The notes under the pieces are model-generated. The model made no database searches and had not been told where the DNA came from. It saw nothing but the letters and a program-made list of their open reading frames with translations. A stretch of DNA of 64,000 nt, taken from NCBI GenBank assembly GCA_005223125.1, contig NJBH01000020.1:1-64000 (forward strand), read 5' to 3'. The translations under genes and the position numbers were made by a program. This DNA comes from Promethearchaeota archaeon Loki_b32. Lineage in GTDB: Archaea; Asgardarchaeota; Lokiarchaeia; Sigyniarchaeales; SOKP01. This document shows, one piece after another, positions 10,091 to 19,901 of this stretch (positions are counted from its first letter, which is position 1; every line of letters begins with the position of its first letter).

Positions 10091-10840
10091 ATTAATCAAA
10101 TCAGCAACAGTTAACCCTTTTTCTTCTGCTTCTTTAATTGTCATTTTTTCAGATATCATGGATTTTTCATTATTTTCTAAAAGTATTGTCTCTTTTTCTT
10201 CCTCTTTCATTAAGTCTGGGAACTCTGGAAACTCTTCAGCAATAAATTCATCTAAACTAAGATCATTCTCAATGGATAATTTATACTTGTTATCTTTATT
10301 TTTAAAAATTAGTTTTAAATCAGTTAATTTATTTTTTCTTGTTGGTTGAGTTTTACTTGGGTTGAAAATTGTTTTATATTCCTCATCTAGCCAATAAATA
10401 GTATTAATTCCTAAAACATCAGCTTGAAAGTAAGGCGTGTTATCTCCTGTAACAAAATATACCTCATCATCAGGATTGTCTTCTTTAAAGACGAGGATTT
10501 CAGCTATAATCTTGCAATCAGATTCATTTTTATCTAATTTTTCTGCCCATTCAGGTTTTAAAGAACTCCATTTTGTTGGAAAAAATGAAATATTTAAAGA
10601 AATACCTTCTTTAAATTCGACATCCTTTAATTCTTTTAATTTATTCTGTATGTTTCTGGCTTTTTTTTCGTATCTTTTTAAATTGTCCAACTCCTTATTA
10701 ACCATATATGGTACTACAATTACAATTTCATCATCATTCTGAGTTTCCTCAAATAAAATTCTCCAATCTATTTCTGTAAAGTTTCTACAGTGTAAAAAAA
10801 CATTTGTATCAAGAAAAATGTATTTAGTCATAACCATCAC
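10070..10840 (-). CDS. PIN-domain protein (PIN_4/Swt1-like), probably C-terminally truncated
   Basis: FLDTNVFLH, ELDNLK, SDCKII, VTGD; ORF ends inside the repeat. Confidence 0.85.
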   Translation of the reverse strand: MMVMTKYIFLDTNVFLHCRNFTEIDWRILFEETQNDDEIVIVVPYMVNKELDNLKRYEKKARNIQNKLKELKDVEFKEGISLNISFFPTKWSSLKPEWAEKLDKNESDCKIIAEILVFKEDNPDDEVYFVTGDNTPYFQADVLGINTIYWLDEEYKTIFNPSKTQPTRKNKLTDLKLIFKNKDNKYKLSIENDLSLDEFIAEEFPEFPDLMKEEEKETILLENNEKSMISEKMTIKEAEEKGLTVADLINSLGPCY

Positions 10841-11222
10841 TCTTTACTTAATTGTATATAGATATATAATTATTGTTATAATTCCCTTAATAGTGAAAAG
10901 TCCTTGAACCTAAATCTTAGTATTAAATTACTACTTTTGTCTTAACCTATAATAAATGCAACAGAAATATATTTTTTCCCTTTTCTCCCCGATAATTGCT
11001 GTCTCCCTCCCCGTGGTACCCTCCTAAGGTTACTAAGGAAATTATTAGGTTTTTTTAAAAACCTTAAAGATTCAATTGTTAATTGATAATCTACTAAATA
11101 TTTGTTTCGGAAATGATGATGATTAACAAATTTATTCCGATAAATATATATATCGAAAATATCCTTAAAATTTTGAAAGAAACTACCAAAATATTAATGC
11201 ACTCAATAAAACTGATATATTT

Positions 11223-11522
11223 ATGGACCCTGATAAGAAGAATGAAAAAAAATTTGATCCTTTAAATAAAAATGTAAAAGAATATATAAAGTTCTTATCA
11301 GAAGAAGAGGGATTAGATTATGAGGATTTTCTAAATAAATATCAAGAAGCCCCGTTTTTTATTGAATTTAATCAATTAATTAAGCAATATAATAATTCTG
11401 AGAATAAGGCTGAATTTGAAAACAAGATTAGAGCTTTTGAATATAGAATGAAATATAAATATCCAGAAATGTTGAAGACACTACAAGATGCATGTAAGCC
11501 TAATAGTAAACAAATACTCTAA
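11223..11522 (+). CDS. Small hypothetical protein
   Basis: 99-aa ORF; palindrome CGATA-N8-TATCG at 11138-11155 upstream. Confidence 0.65.
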   Translation: MDPDKKNEKKFDPLNKNVKEYIKFLSEEEGLDYEDFLNKYQEAPFFIEFNQLIKQYNNSENKAEFENKIRAFEYRMKYKYPEMLKTLQDACKPNSKQIL

Positions 11523-11622
11523 GGTCTTCAATTATAACATTTATGAATAAAGATTTTTATAAAAATTTTATAAATTTAAAGACTGTTTTTATATCCTCGT
11601 TTGAGATTAATTCAATAAAATA

Positions 11623-11674
11623 TTTATATATATTAAGTTTATTAATAATATAAAGGTTTACTAAATATATAAAC
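11623..11674 (+). promoter_or_regulatory. TATA box plus two tandem palindromic operator candidates
   Basis: TTTATATA at 11623-11630, then GTTTA-N9-TAAAG (11637-11655) and GTTTA-N9-TAAAC (11656-11674). Confidence 0.55.
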
Positions 11675-11688
11675 TTGTTTTAAAAAAT

Positions 11689-12357
11689 ATGAATGAATTA
11701 ATTTGCCATATTGCTCCCTTAGGAAAAAAGACGGATTGGATAAAAGAAGGACTTTTGTATTTTGATTGGAATTATTTAATCATTTTAATAAAGTCTCAAA
11801 AAGAATATATTGATTTAGCTAATAAGCTAAAAGAAGAACTTAATCCAAGTTTTAAAATCGAAGATGATAGAAAATTAGATCTTAGAATTAAAAAGGAAAT
11901 TGAGATTATTGCTATTAAAAATCGAGATATCATAAATTTTATCAAAATCTTTAAAGAAAAAGCAAAAGAATTCAAAAAATTAGGATATAAAATTTACTTT
12001 AACGCAACTTCAGGATTAGAACTTTGGAAATTTGCAGCTTATTTCATAGGAACAACTGAAAATTTAATTGATAATATTTATTATATCCCAAAGGATTCGA
12101 ATTTAAGCGAGCCTATTAAACCATTAGAAATTTATATGCCTGTTGTTTTATCAAACCCTCTAAAAAATCTTTTCTCTACCTTGAACGAGCAAATAATTTC
12201 GCAAAAAAGGTTAGTGGAGGAAACTGGATTTAGCAAAGGATTAATTTCAAGGTATCTCAATAATCTTCGAGAAATGGGATTAATTGAAATCTCAAAAAAG
12301 AAAAAAGGAAAGGAGAGGTTTTTTGAAATTACAGAGAAAGGAAAATGGTATTTGTAA
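11689..12357 (+). CDS. CARF-like + winged-helix regulator (Csa3/DUF6293-like)
   Basis: CHIAPLG and IYFNATSG CARF-type motifs; C-terminal wHTH SQKRLVEETGFSKGLISRYLNNL. Confidence 0.8.
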   Translation: MNELICHIAPLGKKTDWIKEGLLYFDWNYLIILIKSQKEYIDLANKLKEELNPSFKIEDDRKLDLRIKKEIEIIAIKNRDIINFIKIFKEKAKEFKKLGYKIYFNATSGLELWKFAAYFIGTTENLIDNIYYIPKDSNLSEPIKPLEIYMPVVLSNPLKNLFSTLNEQIISQKRLVEETGFSKGLISRYLNNLREMGLIEISKKKKGKERFFEITEKGKWYL

Positions 12358-12383
12358 TATAAAATTATTGAGGTGAAAGAATA

Positions 12384-13532
12384 TTGGAATCTATTGTAAA
12401 ATTCTTTTCAAGATATTATAATTTCGTTAAAACCTTTAAGAAGTACTATAAAAACTTTGAAAAAGTTGAAATTTTTGATAAAATACTTGAAAAATATAAA
12501 GATCAAATTCAAACTTTCCTAAAGAAATATAATCTTGAAGAAAGATTCATACAAGCAATAGATAATGATGCTCCAGCAGATATTATTTTCATTTTTGTAG
12601 AACTAATTATAAATGCGCTAAGAGATTTTGATTTAAGAAAATTCTTGCTTGAGATGTGGATTACAAGTGTTAGGCATTTTGAAGAATTGATACCGAATAT
12701 AGTACTCCCCATCTTAGATCTTGATGTTTATTACGAAATCAAATCGTTAATTGAAGAAGCTGCTTCTGTTGATGCTGAAAGTGTAATCAAGGTTTTATGG
12801 TCTTATTTCAGAATAATCTCTGAGAAGCCGACTATATTAGAAATAAATAGTTCATTACTCGTGAATAAAGAAAAAAAATGGAAAAACATTGAAATCGTCC
12901 GCTCTTTAGGAATTGATAAATCCATTGATAAAATAATAACCATTGATAAGTTAATTGAAGAGGCGGGTGAACAAGAATTTAAAATATACTTCTTTGATTG
13001 GACATTAAAATTTGGATACCTAATTGAAGCACATATCAAAAATATACTATTATTTATTTTAAATTTATATTATATTAAAAATGGAGTCCCCTTTGAACCT
13101 GATTATAATGATGATTGTAGCATTGGCGAAGTACTATACGCTTTTAAAAATGAAAACATCAATCTAAATAGAATATTAAAACACTACCGCAATGCAATTT
13201 TTCATTCAAATTTTTTCTTAAATTACGATCTCGATATAGAAAAGAGAGAAATTTGTATAAGAGTGTTTATATCTTCAGAATCAAAAAATAGAAAAGTTCC
13301 TAAAATCTATAAATCCAAAATATCTGAATTTATGTCTTATTATCATAGAATGATAATGTTGTCTAATACATTTGATATAGTATTAGCTACTGTTTTCGCA
13401 AAAGATTTTTTAGTTGAAAAAATTGAAAATGCTTTCGATGATATTGATGAAATTTTAGACGAAATACCAAAGCTTTCTGCTGAGGAAATGAAGAAATTAT
13501 TTGATGAATATCGTAATAAAGCTCTAAATTAA
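12384..13532 (+). CDS. HEPN-domain protein (putative RNase)
   Basis: YLIEAHIK and RNAIFH (Rx4H); GAGGTGA SD before a TTG start. Confidence 0.65.
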   Translation: MESIVKFFSRYYNFVKTFKKYYKNFEKVEIFDKILEKYKDQIQTFLKKYNLEERFIQAIDNDAPADIIFIFVELIINALRDFDLRKFLLEMWITSVRHFEELIPNIVLPILDLDVYYEIKSLIEEAASVDAESVIKVLWSYFRIISEKPTILEINSSLLVNKEKKWKNIEIVRSLGIDKSIDKIITIDKLIEEAGEQEFKIYFFDWTLKFGYLIEAHIKNILLFILNLYYIKNGVPFEPDYNDDCSIGEVLYAFKNENINLNRILKHYRNAIFHSNFFLNYDLDIEKREICIRVFISSESKNRKVPKIYKSKISEFMSYYHRMIMLSNTFDIVLATVFAKDFLVEKIENAFDDIDEILDEIPKLSAEEMKKLFDEYRNKALN

Positions 13533-13895
13533 GAAGTGAAAGATATTTCTTCCTACGATTTATAATGAATGGGATATTCCTGAAATATTGAGATATATGG
13601 ATCTGGCTCTCTGGGATGAATCTGCCAAAGAGCGTTTTTTGAGTTTAGATAAGCAATAAAAGGATATTTTAGAAAAAAAGTTGTTGAGTTTATCCAAATT
13701 TTTTTCTCTATTTTCTCCCTCCCATTAAAAAGAGAATGAAAATAGACTCAAAATAGTATCATAATCTATAAAAAACATATTTCCCTCAATTAAAAGATTC
13801 TTTTGAGAAAGTATATTTCTGACGTGAAAATTGATTTTACCATTTGTAGCAACAAAAAAACGTATTAATTTTTCATTTCCATAATTTTTCACCAA

Positions 13896-16800
13896 ATGAT
13901 TCATACTTTTACCACTAATTTAGACGGAATTGAGAAAAAGACAGTTAAAAATATGGTTAATGATTTTGCTTCTTCACAATTTTCGACCCTTATGTTTGAA
14001 ATTTCAGAGGGTCTGGCTAGCGGAAATTTACGTCTGAACGATATTGGGAAATTCATTGGCACTCTAGCATCATTTTCCTCAGATCCGGAGTGGGTAATTA
14101 AAATATTTCTTAAAGAGATTTTTAGTAAACGTGATAGGCTGAATCAATTCAGAGATGGAGCTAGTGGTGAATATTTGAAGATGCCGTCGAAATATACATT
14201 TCTATTTTCTGTATCAGATTGGGTTACTCAAAATGCTAAGTTACAGAATTATAATTATAAAGGAACCGCTATAGATTCTGTGGTTAATTATCTGAATTCT
14301 TTAACCGATGCAGAATTTTCAAGCGAAATAAAATCTCTTGCGAACAGATATTATCGTAGTAAATATCTCTTAAATCCAAATTTCTTTAAGAGTCTCAAAG
14401 CTTTGTTTACAGATAGGGACTTTCTTAGATATATAGTTAGAGAAAGTGAGGTTGGTACTGGTTATCAACTTCTATGGCGTGATTCTGTTGGTGCAATGAT
14501 CGAGGCAATGAATAATGGTGAGTCAATCAAATTGTCAAGAAGCATGATTCCTACAACTGTCAGAGGCAATCCAGTATATATTATAGAGGGAGGTATATGG
14601 AAGAGGCTATCAGACTTAAGCAATAGTTATGACTTTGGAGCAGCCCATCTTTATGTATATAGGAAGCTGTCAGACGGATCGAGACAAATAGGAATTGCTA
14701 GAATCGATAATATTGAGAATGATTTGTCGAATATTGTAGATACAAACGGAGAGATTGTTGAATTATATGAAGGGTTCCCCGTATCAGATTCAAGAGTCAT
14801 TAAAGGGGTGTGGTTAAGCAATTCTATGGGAAATCTTTTGATCAGTGAAGTAGCCCTTGACGATTTCTCAATTCGTTCTGATCAAAATAGTAATTGGTTT
14901 GAAGAGTTTATTGAGATTGAGAATGGTGAGTTAAAGAGTAAATTATTCATGAGTTATATAATTGCATCTGGCTCAAAATTGACTTGTTTTTTACAAGATA
15001 CTTCTCTTAAATTCGAAGATTATGAGCCATATAAAAAAATATTTCCAGATTTACCTTTCTCCCAGGAGAGGGGAGTTAAGTTTATAAGAGAAGGCAGGAT
15101 TGTTGTAGATTTAAGTAGAAACACAGAAATTACAGAGCCAAAGGTTAATGCTCTTTATAATATCTTTTTCCAAATAACAGAGACTAGTGTTGGCCGTACA
15201 CATGTAGGAGTTCCTCGCATAATTTTCTCAGAATCGGCTCTAAATTTACATTCATCAGATAAGCGGTATACATTCAAACTTTATGAGAATATCTTGAAGA
15301 ACATTAGACTAAAGGCATCAGGTGCTTTATTTGATTCATCTAGCCCCATTTACAATTCTCAGAATAAACCCCACTATGATTCTGCGGACTCTAATTATTG
15401 GCTTAATATGATAACACGATTCTCTATTTCTGGGGATTCAATATCCTTAACCAAGGTTTCCAAGAAGGAATTCTTTAATGCGTGGTTGCTCCTAATCCAA
15501 AATGAGTTATTAGTAAAGAATGGGCCAAATTGGGAGATAGATCCTAACAGTGCCTTCTATGATCTTAAATATCTGGTCTTCACTAATGGAGATCCGAATC
15601 TCCCTGAGAAGTTTACCGACAACGCAGATTTTCAGGGTGATGAGACAGTTCAAGGATTTCCTAATGATTTTGAAATTGTTGAGAAATTAGAAATAATATT
15701 ACATGATATGTTTGGCTTTACTGGATATGCTTCTTTGTTATTCGGGCTTATGACTTTTTCCCAGACAGAATTTGGAGGGTTTAGAAGTGATTTTGTACTT
15801 CTAAGTAGAGGAGATCAACAAAAATTAAGGCGAGATTTTAATATCTGGACACATGATACCCAATACCTTGTTTCAAAAAAAGAGCGAGGATTATATTATA
15901 TGTCTATTTTCCTTAATGGATTTGAGCATAACTTAGGAGGTACTAAGATTACTTCTAGAGGACCAATCACTGATGTGCTTGCAAACTTAAACCCTGAGCG
16001 CGAAGCGTTTCTATATGAATATTTTGAGGAGTATCATCCAATAGATTCCCTTGATTTCGAAGATGCTACAAATTTCTTTATGGAAGGTTATCAATCTCCG
16101 TCCCAGAATAAGATTGATAGCATGAATTTAATGGGTAGAAAAAAACTTTACAATTACCTCGTTGAGAAATTTGAATTTATAGTTAATTTAATTTTTAGCC
16201 CATCTCATTTGGATGGTGGTGCATTTACTAAATATATTCAAAATCCAGATAATCCAGACAACTGGAAATATAGGACACTGAAACAAGGAAGAAGTTATAT
16301 AAGAATGTCGATTGATAATCCCATAAGCGAGAATAACATTGTTGATGATCTAAGGAAAATTTTGATGTCGGGCAGAAATGGATATATCAGTTTGAATCCT
16401 CCTGAGAGTGGAACCACTACTGCAGTTTCATCTAACACGTTATTACAGCATATGCTTGTACCAATTTCTTATAATGAATTGGTCAAGTATCTTTCCTATG
16501 ACAATTTAGGCACCTCAGCTAATGATGTTATATATACCTTGTTTATGACTTTTGACACCAACTCCCATACCATGCCCTCTGGGTATAACGTTAATCCTAA
16601 AGTGTTTTGGCAGTCGCGAGAGGGTGATGCAATAATAGAGCATGCTGTTGACGTTTACAATGAAATTATAAGTATGTTTAGTGAGGAAGTTCTTGGATCC
16701 TCATACTATGAAAGACAATTCTCAATAAAATTATATTCAGATAAAGGAAGAGGTATATATATGGATTCTATATCTGATAGATTGAAATCATACGGCATGA

Positions 16801-17219
16801 CTGACTCCACTATAGATTTCCATCCGAATGATCAGACCGAGTTAAGGAACGCAATTGCTAGTATGGTATTCTATCTTTATTTTCTCCCAGACGCCTTTGC
16901 CGTTATAAAGGTGCATAATAATAATTTTCTTTTTGCGGACGCTTTTTCCCTTAAGACACCAGAATATGTATCTGATACTGACTATTCTGTGCCTATTGGG
17001 GGAGAATTTATCTGGGATTCGAATCTGGGTGATTTAACGAGAGAAAATTATAATGCCCATATTAATAATTTCAATGGATTTAGCCATCAAGATATCCGAT
17101 CTTTCTTCCAGAGAAGAGATCTTGAGAGTAATTTTGAAGTTCTTTTAGATTTATTTAATAAGTTGTTTAGAACTGAGATTAACCGTGGGATTAATATAAT
17201 GAATTTTTTTGAATTTTAA
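13896..17219 (+). CDS. Large hypothetical protein, probably the C-terminal part of a larger protein
   Basis: 1107-aa ORF, visibly higher GC than its flanks, no SD or signal peptide, no recognisable domain. Confidence 0.75.
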   Translation: MIHTFTTNLDGIEKKTVKNMVNDFASSQFSTLMFEISEGLASGNLRLNDIGKFIGTLASFSSDPEWVIKIFLKEIFSKRDRLNQFRDGASGEYLKMPSKYTFLFSVSDWVTQNAKLQNYNYKGTAIDSVVNYLNSLTDAEFSSEIKSLANRYYRSKYLLNPNFFKSLKALFTDRDFLRYIVRESEVGTGYQLLWRDSVGAMIEAMNNGESIKLSRSMIPTTVRGNPVYIIEGGIWKRLSDLSNSYDFGAAHLYVYRKLSDGSRQIGIARIDNIENDLSNIVDTNGEIVELYEGFPVSDSRVIKGVWLSNSMGNLLISEVALDDFSIRSDQNSNWFEEFIEIENGELKSKLFMSYIIASGSKLTCFLQDTSLKFEDYEPYKKIFPDLPFSQERGVKFIREGRIVVDLSRNTEITEPKVNALYNIFFQITETSVGRTHVGVPRIIFSESALNLHSSDKRYTFKLYENILKNIRLKASGALFDSSSPIYNSQNKPHYDSADSNYWLNMITRFSISGDSISLTKVSKKEFFNAWLLLIQNELLVKNGPNWEIDPNSAFYDLKYLVFTNGDPNLPEKFTDNADFQGDETVQGFPNDFEIVEKLEIILHDMFGFTGYASLLFGLMTFSQTEFGGFRSDFVLLSRGDQQKLRRDFNIWTHDTQYLVSKKERGLYYMSIFLNGFEHNLGGTKITSRGPITDVLANLNPEREAFLYEYFEEYHPIDSLDFEDATNFFMEGYQSPSQNKIDSMNLMGRKKLYNYLVEKFEFIVNLIFSPSHLDGGAFTKYIQNPDNPDNWKYRTLKQGRSYIRMSIDNPISENNIVDDLRKILMSGRNGYISLNPPESGTTTAVSSNTLLQHMLVPISYNELVKYLSYDNLGTSANDVIYTLFMTFDTNSHTMPSGYNVNPKVFWQSREGDAIIEHAVDVYNEIISMFSEEVLGSSYYERQFSIKLYSDKGRGIYMDSISDRLKSYGMTDSTIDFHPNDQTELRNAIASMVFYLYFLPDAFAVIKVHNNNFLFADAFSLKTPEYVSDTDYSVPIGGEFIWDSNLGDLTRENYNAHINNFNGFSHQDIRSFFQRRDLESNFEVLLDLFNKLFRTEINRGINIMNFFEF

Positions 17220-18403
17220 TTTTTTTTATTTTTTGTAATTCTTTTTAGGAACACATCAGTTCCTTTTCTTCGAAGTGTTTTGATTAAGTAATTATCTTTT
17301 ATCATTGAATCCATTAGATATAAGGCATTAAGGTTTTTTAGATATTTAATCGAATTGGGAAGGGTTTCAATAAGAGTCTCACTTAAATCCAAGCTTTCTA
17401 GTGAAGTCATGTATCCAATAGAGTCTGGAATAGATTTAATGGAATTTGCTCCAGATATAAAATCTTTTAAAGCCTTAAGCTCTCCAATAGAGTTTGGTAA
17501 GAGCTTTATTTTATTATCGGCAATTACGAGCCGTTCTAAGCGCGTGAGGTTACCAATAGAATTAGGCAATTCTTCTATTTGATTGTAGCCAACATTAAGA
17601 TGTTTTAACTTCTTTAAATTCTCAATTGATTTAGGTATCTCTCGTAATAGATTTCTGGACAGATCAAGATACTCTAGTTCTTTAAAATCCCAAAACCAAT
17701 CGGGAAGTGTCTCCATCAGATTTCCACTTAATGATAATCCAATTAATGACTTAATATTTTTAATTAATACAGGAATTTCTTTAAGCTTGACATTTTTTAA
17801 TATTAGCCAACTAATTTTATTATTTTTTAATACATAGCCTCTACCAATAATATTATCCTTTGTCCTAATTTCCATTTCTTTCTGGATAATCCGTTCCAAC
17901 TCAAGAATAAGGTCCGATTCGGGTATTAAGCTGAGGATCATTTCTTTTGACAAATATTTTAAATACCCTTCTTTAATAAGAAATCTTTGCGTGTTCTCGT
18001 TTCCAGCTTGAAATCTCTTTCCAATCTCTTCTTTAAACACTTTTTTAGCAAATGCATCTCCGACCTCTGACAATTTTTTTAAGAGAGGGAACGCTAAATT
18101 GGAATGAAGTAATCTAGTATCGTAGTTGTTTTCCGCCCAAACCTGTATATTTGAACAATGTGCCCAGAACTCTACTTCAGGAGGAATCTGGAAATGGGAA
18201 CTGTTATCTCTCTCTAATGATTTATCTAGTTTTTCAGCTGCTTCATCAATCGATTCTAGTTCCTTATATGCGTCAATTTGCTCGATTGGAATAGTTATTA
18301 ACAAGAATTTGCATTGACGGAACATTTGATTCTTGACAAATATCTCTGTCTTGTTATCCACTAATTTCAATGTAATGAATTCATTTACCTTAAATTCTTT
18401 CAT
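17216..18403 (-). CDS. Leucine-rich repeat protein with conserved MKEFKVN...EFWAHCSN N-terminal domain
   Basis: About eight LxxLxLxxNxL/IxxLP repeats; stop codon overlaps that of the convergent ORF (TTAA). Confidence 0.92.
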   Translation of the reverse strand: MKEFKVNEFITLKLVDNKTEIFVKNQMFRQCKFLLITIPIEQIDAYKELESIDEAAEKLDKSLERDNSSHFQIPPEVEFWAHCSNIQVWAENNYDTRLLHSNLAFPLLKKLSEVGDAFAKKVFKEEIGKRFQAGNENTQRFLIKEGYLKYLSKEMILSLIPESDLILELERIIQKEMEIRTKDNIIGRGYVLKNNKISWLILKNVKLKEIPVLIKNIKSLIGLSLSGNLMETLPDWFWDFKELEYLDLSRNLLREIPKSIENLKKLKHLNVGYNQIEELPNSIGNLTRLERLVIADNKIKLLPNSIGELKALKDFISGANSIKSIPDSIGYMTSLESLDLSETLIETLPNSIKYLKNLNALYLMDSMIKDNYLIKTLRRKGTDVFLKRITKNKKN

Positions 18404-18580
18404 TTTTTCTGCGTTTAGTGTTGTTTTTGTCTACTATTATATATGAATAGCTCGATATTTAAATTTAAAGGGTGAATTAGTATTTACTTATGGGTAAAAT
18501 TAATAAGGATGATTTAGATTTTAGCAATCATATATAGTTTTTTGACAATCGCCCCAAATGATAAGAGTAATAAGCTAAGT

Positions 18581-19165
18581 TTAAAAGAAACTAGAGATCT
18601 TAGCAATCGTATATAGTTTTTTAACAAGAATTTTAAAGGCTTCCGTGACTCCATGGCCTGTCAATGCACTCGTTTTATAATACCCAACGAATCTATTTTC
18701 TTTTGCTAATTGCTCCACATTAGCGTCAGCAGTCGGTAAGCCTGGATTAGACACTAAAGTTGCCTCATCAACTAAATCCACTTTATTTCCAAATAAAACT
18801 AGTGGTATATTTCCACAATGTTTTTTAAGATCATCAAGCCATCTGGGAACATGCTCATAGGATTGTGGTTGTTCGGGATCGTGAGAGAAAACGATAATTG
18901 CTCCACTGCTTCCTATATAAAACCTTTGTCGTAATGCTTGAAATTGATCTTGCCCTGCAATATCCCAAAGAAACAGTTCAACTTTCTCTCCATCAATTTC
19001 TTCTTCATACTTAGAAAATTGAGTTCCTAGGGTTGATATATACTCCTTTTGAAAGGATCCTTGTGTATATTTTTTAATTAGGGATGTTTTTCCTACTGCG
19101 CCATCACCGATCACAGTGATCTTAAACCCGTATCCTTTTTCATCATCACTCATTTTGGTTATCAA
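18581..19165 (-). CDS. Small Ras-superfamily (Rab-like) GTPase
   Basis: GDGAVGKT, WDIAGQ, NKVD, SAL; likely start ATG at 19153. Confidence 0.95.
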   Translation of the reverse strand: MITKMSDDEKGYGFKITVIGDGAVGKTSLIKKYTQGSFQKEYISTLGTQFSKYEEEIDGEKVELFLWDIAGQDQFQALRQRFYIGSSGAIIVFSHDPEQPQSYEHVPRWLDDLKKHCGNIPLVLFGNKVDLVDEATLVSNPGLPTADANVEQLAKENRFVGYYKTSALTGHGVTEAFKILVKKLYTIAKISSFF

Positions 19166-19346
19166 TCCATCTAAGTCTAATTTCCTTTTTTATATAATAA
19201 AAATCAGATGTTTTAAATTTTTACAAAAGAATATCTCATTAAAAGTCTATAAATCAAATCGAATATCTAAAATTAAAAGAGTTATATTATCTCAATATTT
19301 TAAAAAAAATTAAAAAAGTCCTTTGAATCGGGATAAAGAACGAGAC

Positions 19347-19901
19347 TCATATAGTGGCTCGTTGATATAGCTTATCAACAAGTTTTTTAAAAGCAATAGA
19401 GACACCTTGACCTGTTAAAGCACTTGTTTTAAAATACTCCATAATATTATGATCTTGAGCGAATTTCTTAACATGAACATCTGAAGTTTCATAATTTGGA
19501 CTAGTAGCTATTGCATTTTGATCAACTAAATCAGCTTTATTTCCAAATAATATTACGGGAATATTCCCACAAACTTCTTTTATATTTGATCGCCATATAT
19601 CGATATGACGATATGTTTCAATTTCTTCAGGAGCAAGAGAAAAAACTATAATAGCACCGCTACTTCCCTTATAAAATCTATCACGTAGGGTACTGAATGA
19701 TTCTTGGCCAGCTAAATCCCATAAGAATAATTCAACCAACTCTCCATTTAAATCTTCTTCATATTTCGAAAATTGCATGCCTAAAGTAGAAATATAATCC
19801 TTTTCAAATGAATTGGTTGTATATCTTTTAATTAGCGATGTTTTTCCGACCGCGGCATCACCAACTACCGTTATTTTAAAGCCGTAAGCCTTTTCACTCA
19901 T
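19347..19901 (-). CDS. Small Ras-superfamily (Rab-like) GTPase, tandem paralog
   Basis: GDAAVGKT, WDLAGQ, NKAD, SAL. Confidence 0.95.
   Translation of the reverse strand: MSEKAYGFKITVVGDAAVGKTSLIKRYTTNSFEKDYISTLGMQFSKYEEDLNGELVELFLWDLAGQESFSTLRDRFYKGSSGAIIVFSLAPEEIETYRHIDIWRSNIKEVCGNIPVILFGNKADLVDQNAIATSPNYETSDVHVKKFAQDHNIMEYFKTSALTGQGVSIAFKKLVDKLYQRATI

Noticed and set aside
12355-12386. CARF and HEPN ORFs as one frameshifted Csm6 gene
   Set aside because: The first ORF ends at a natural wHTH terminus and the second has its own GAGGTGA SD
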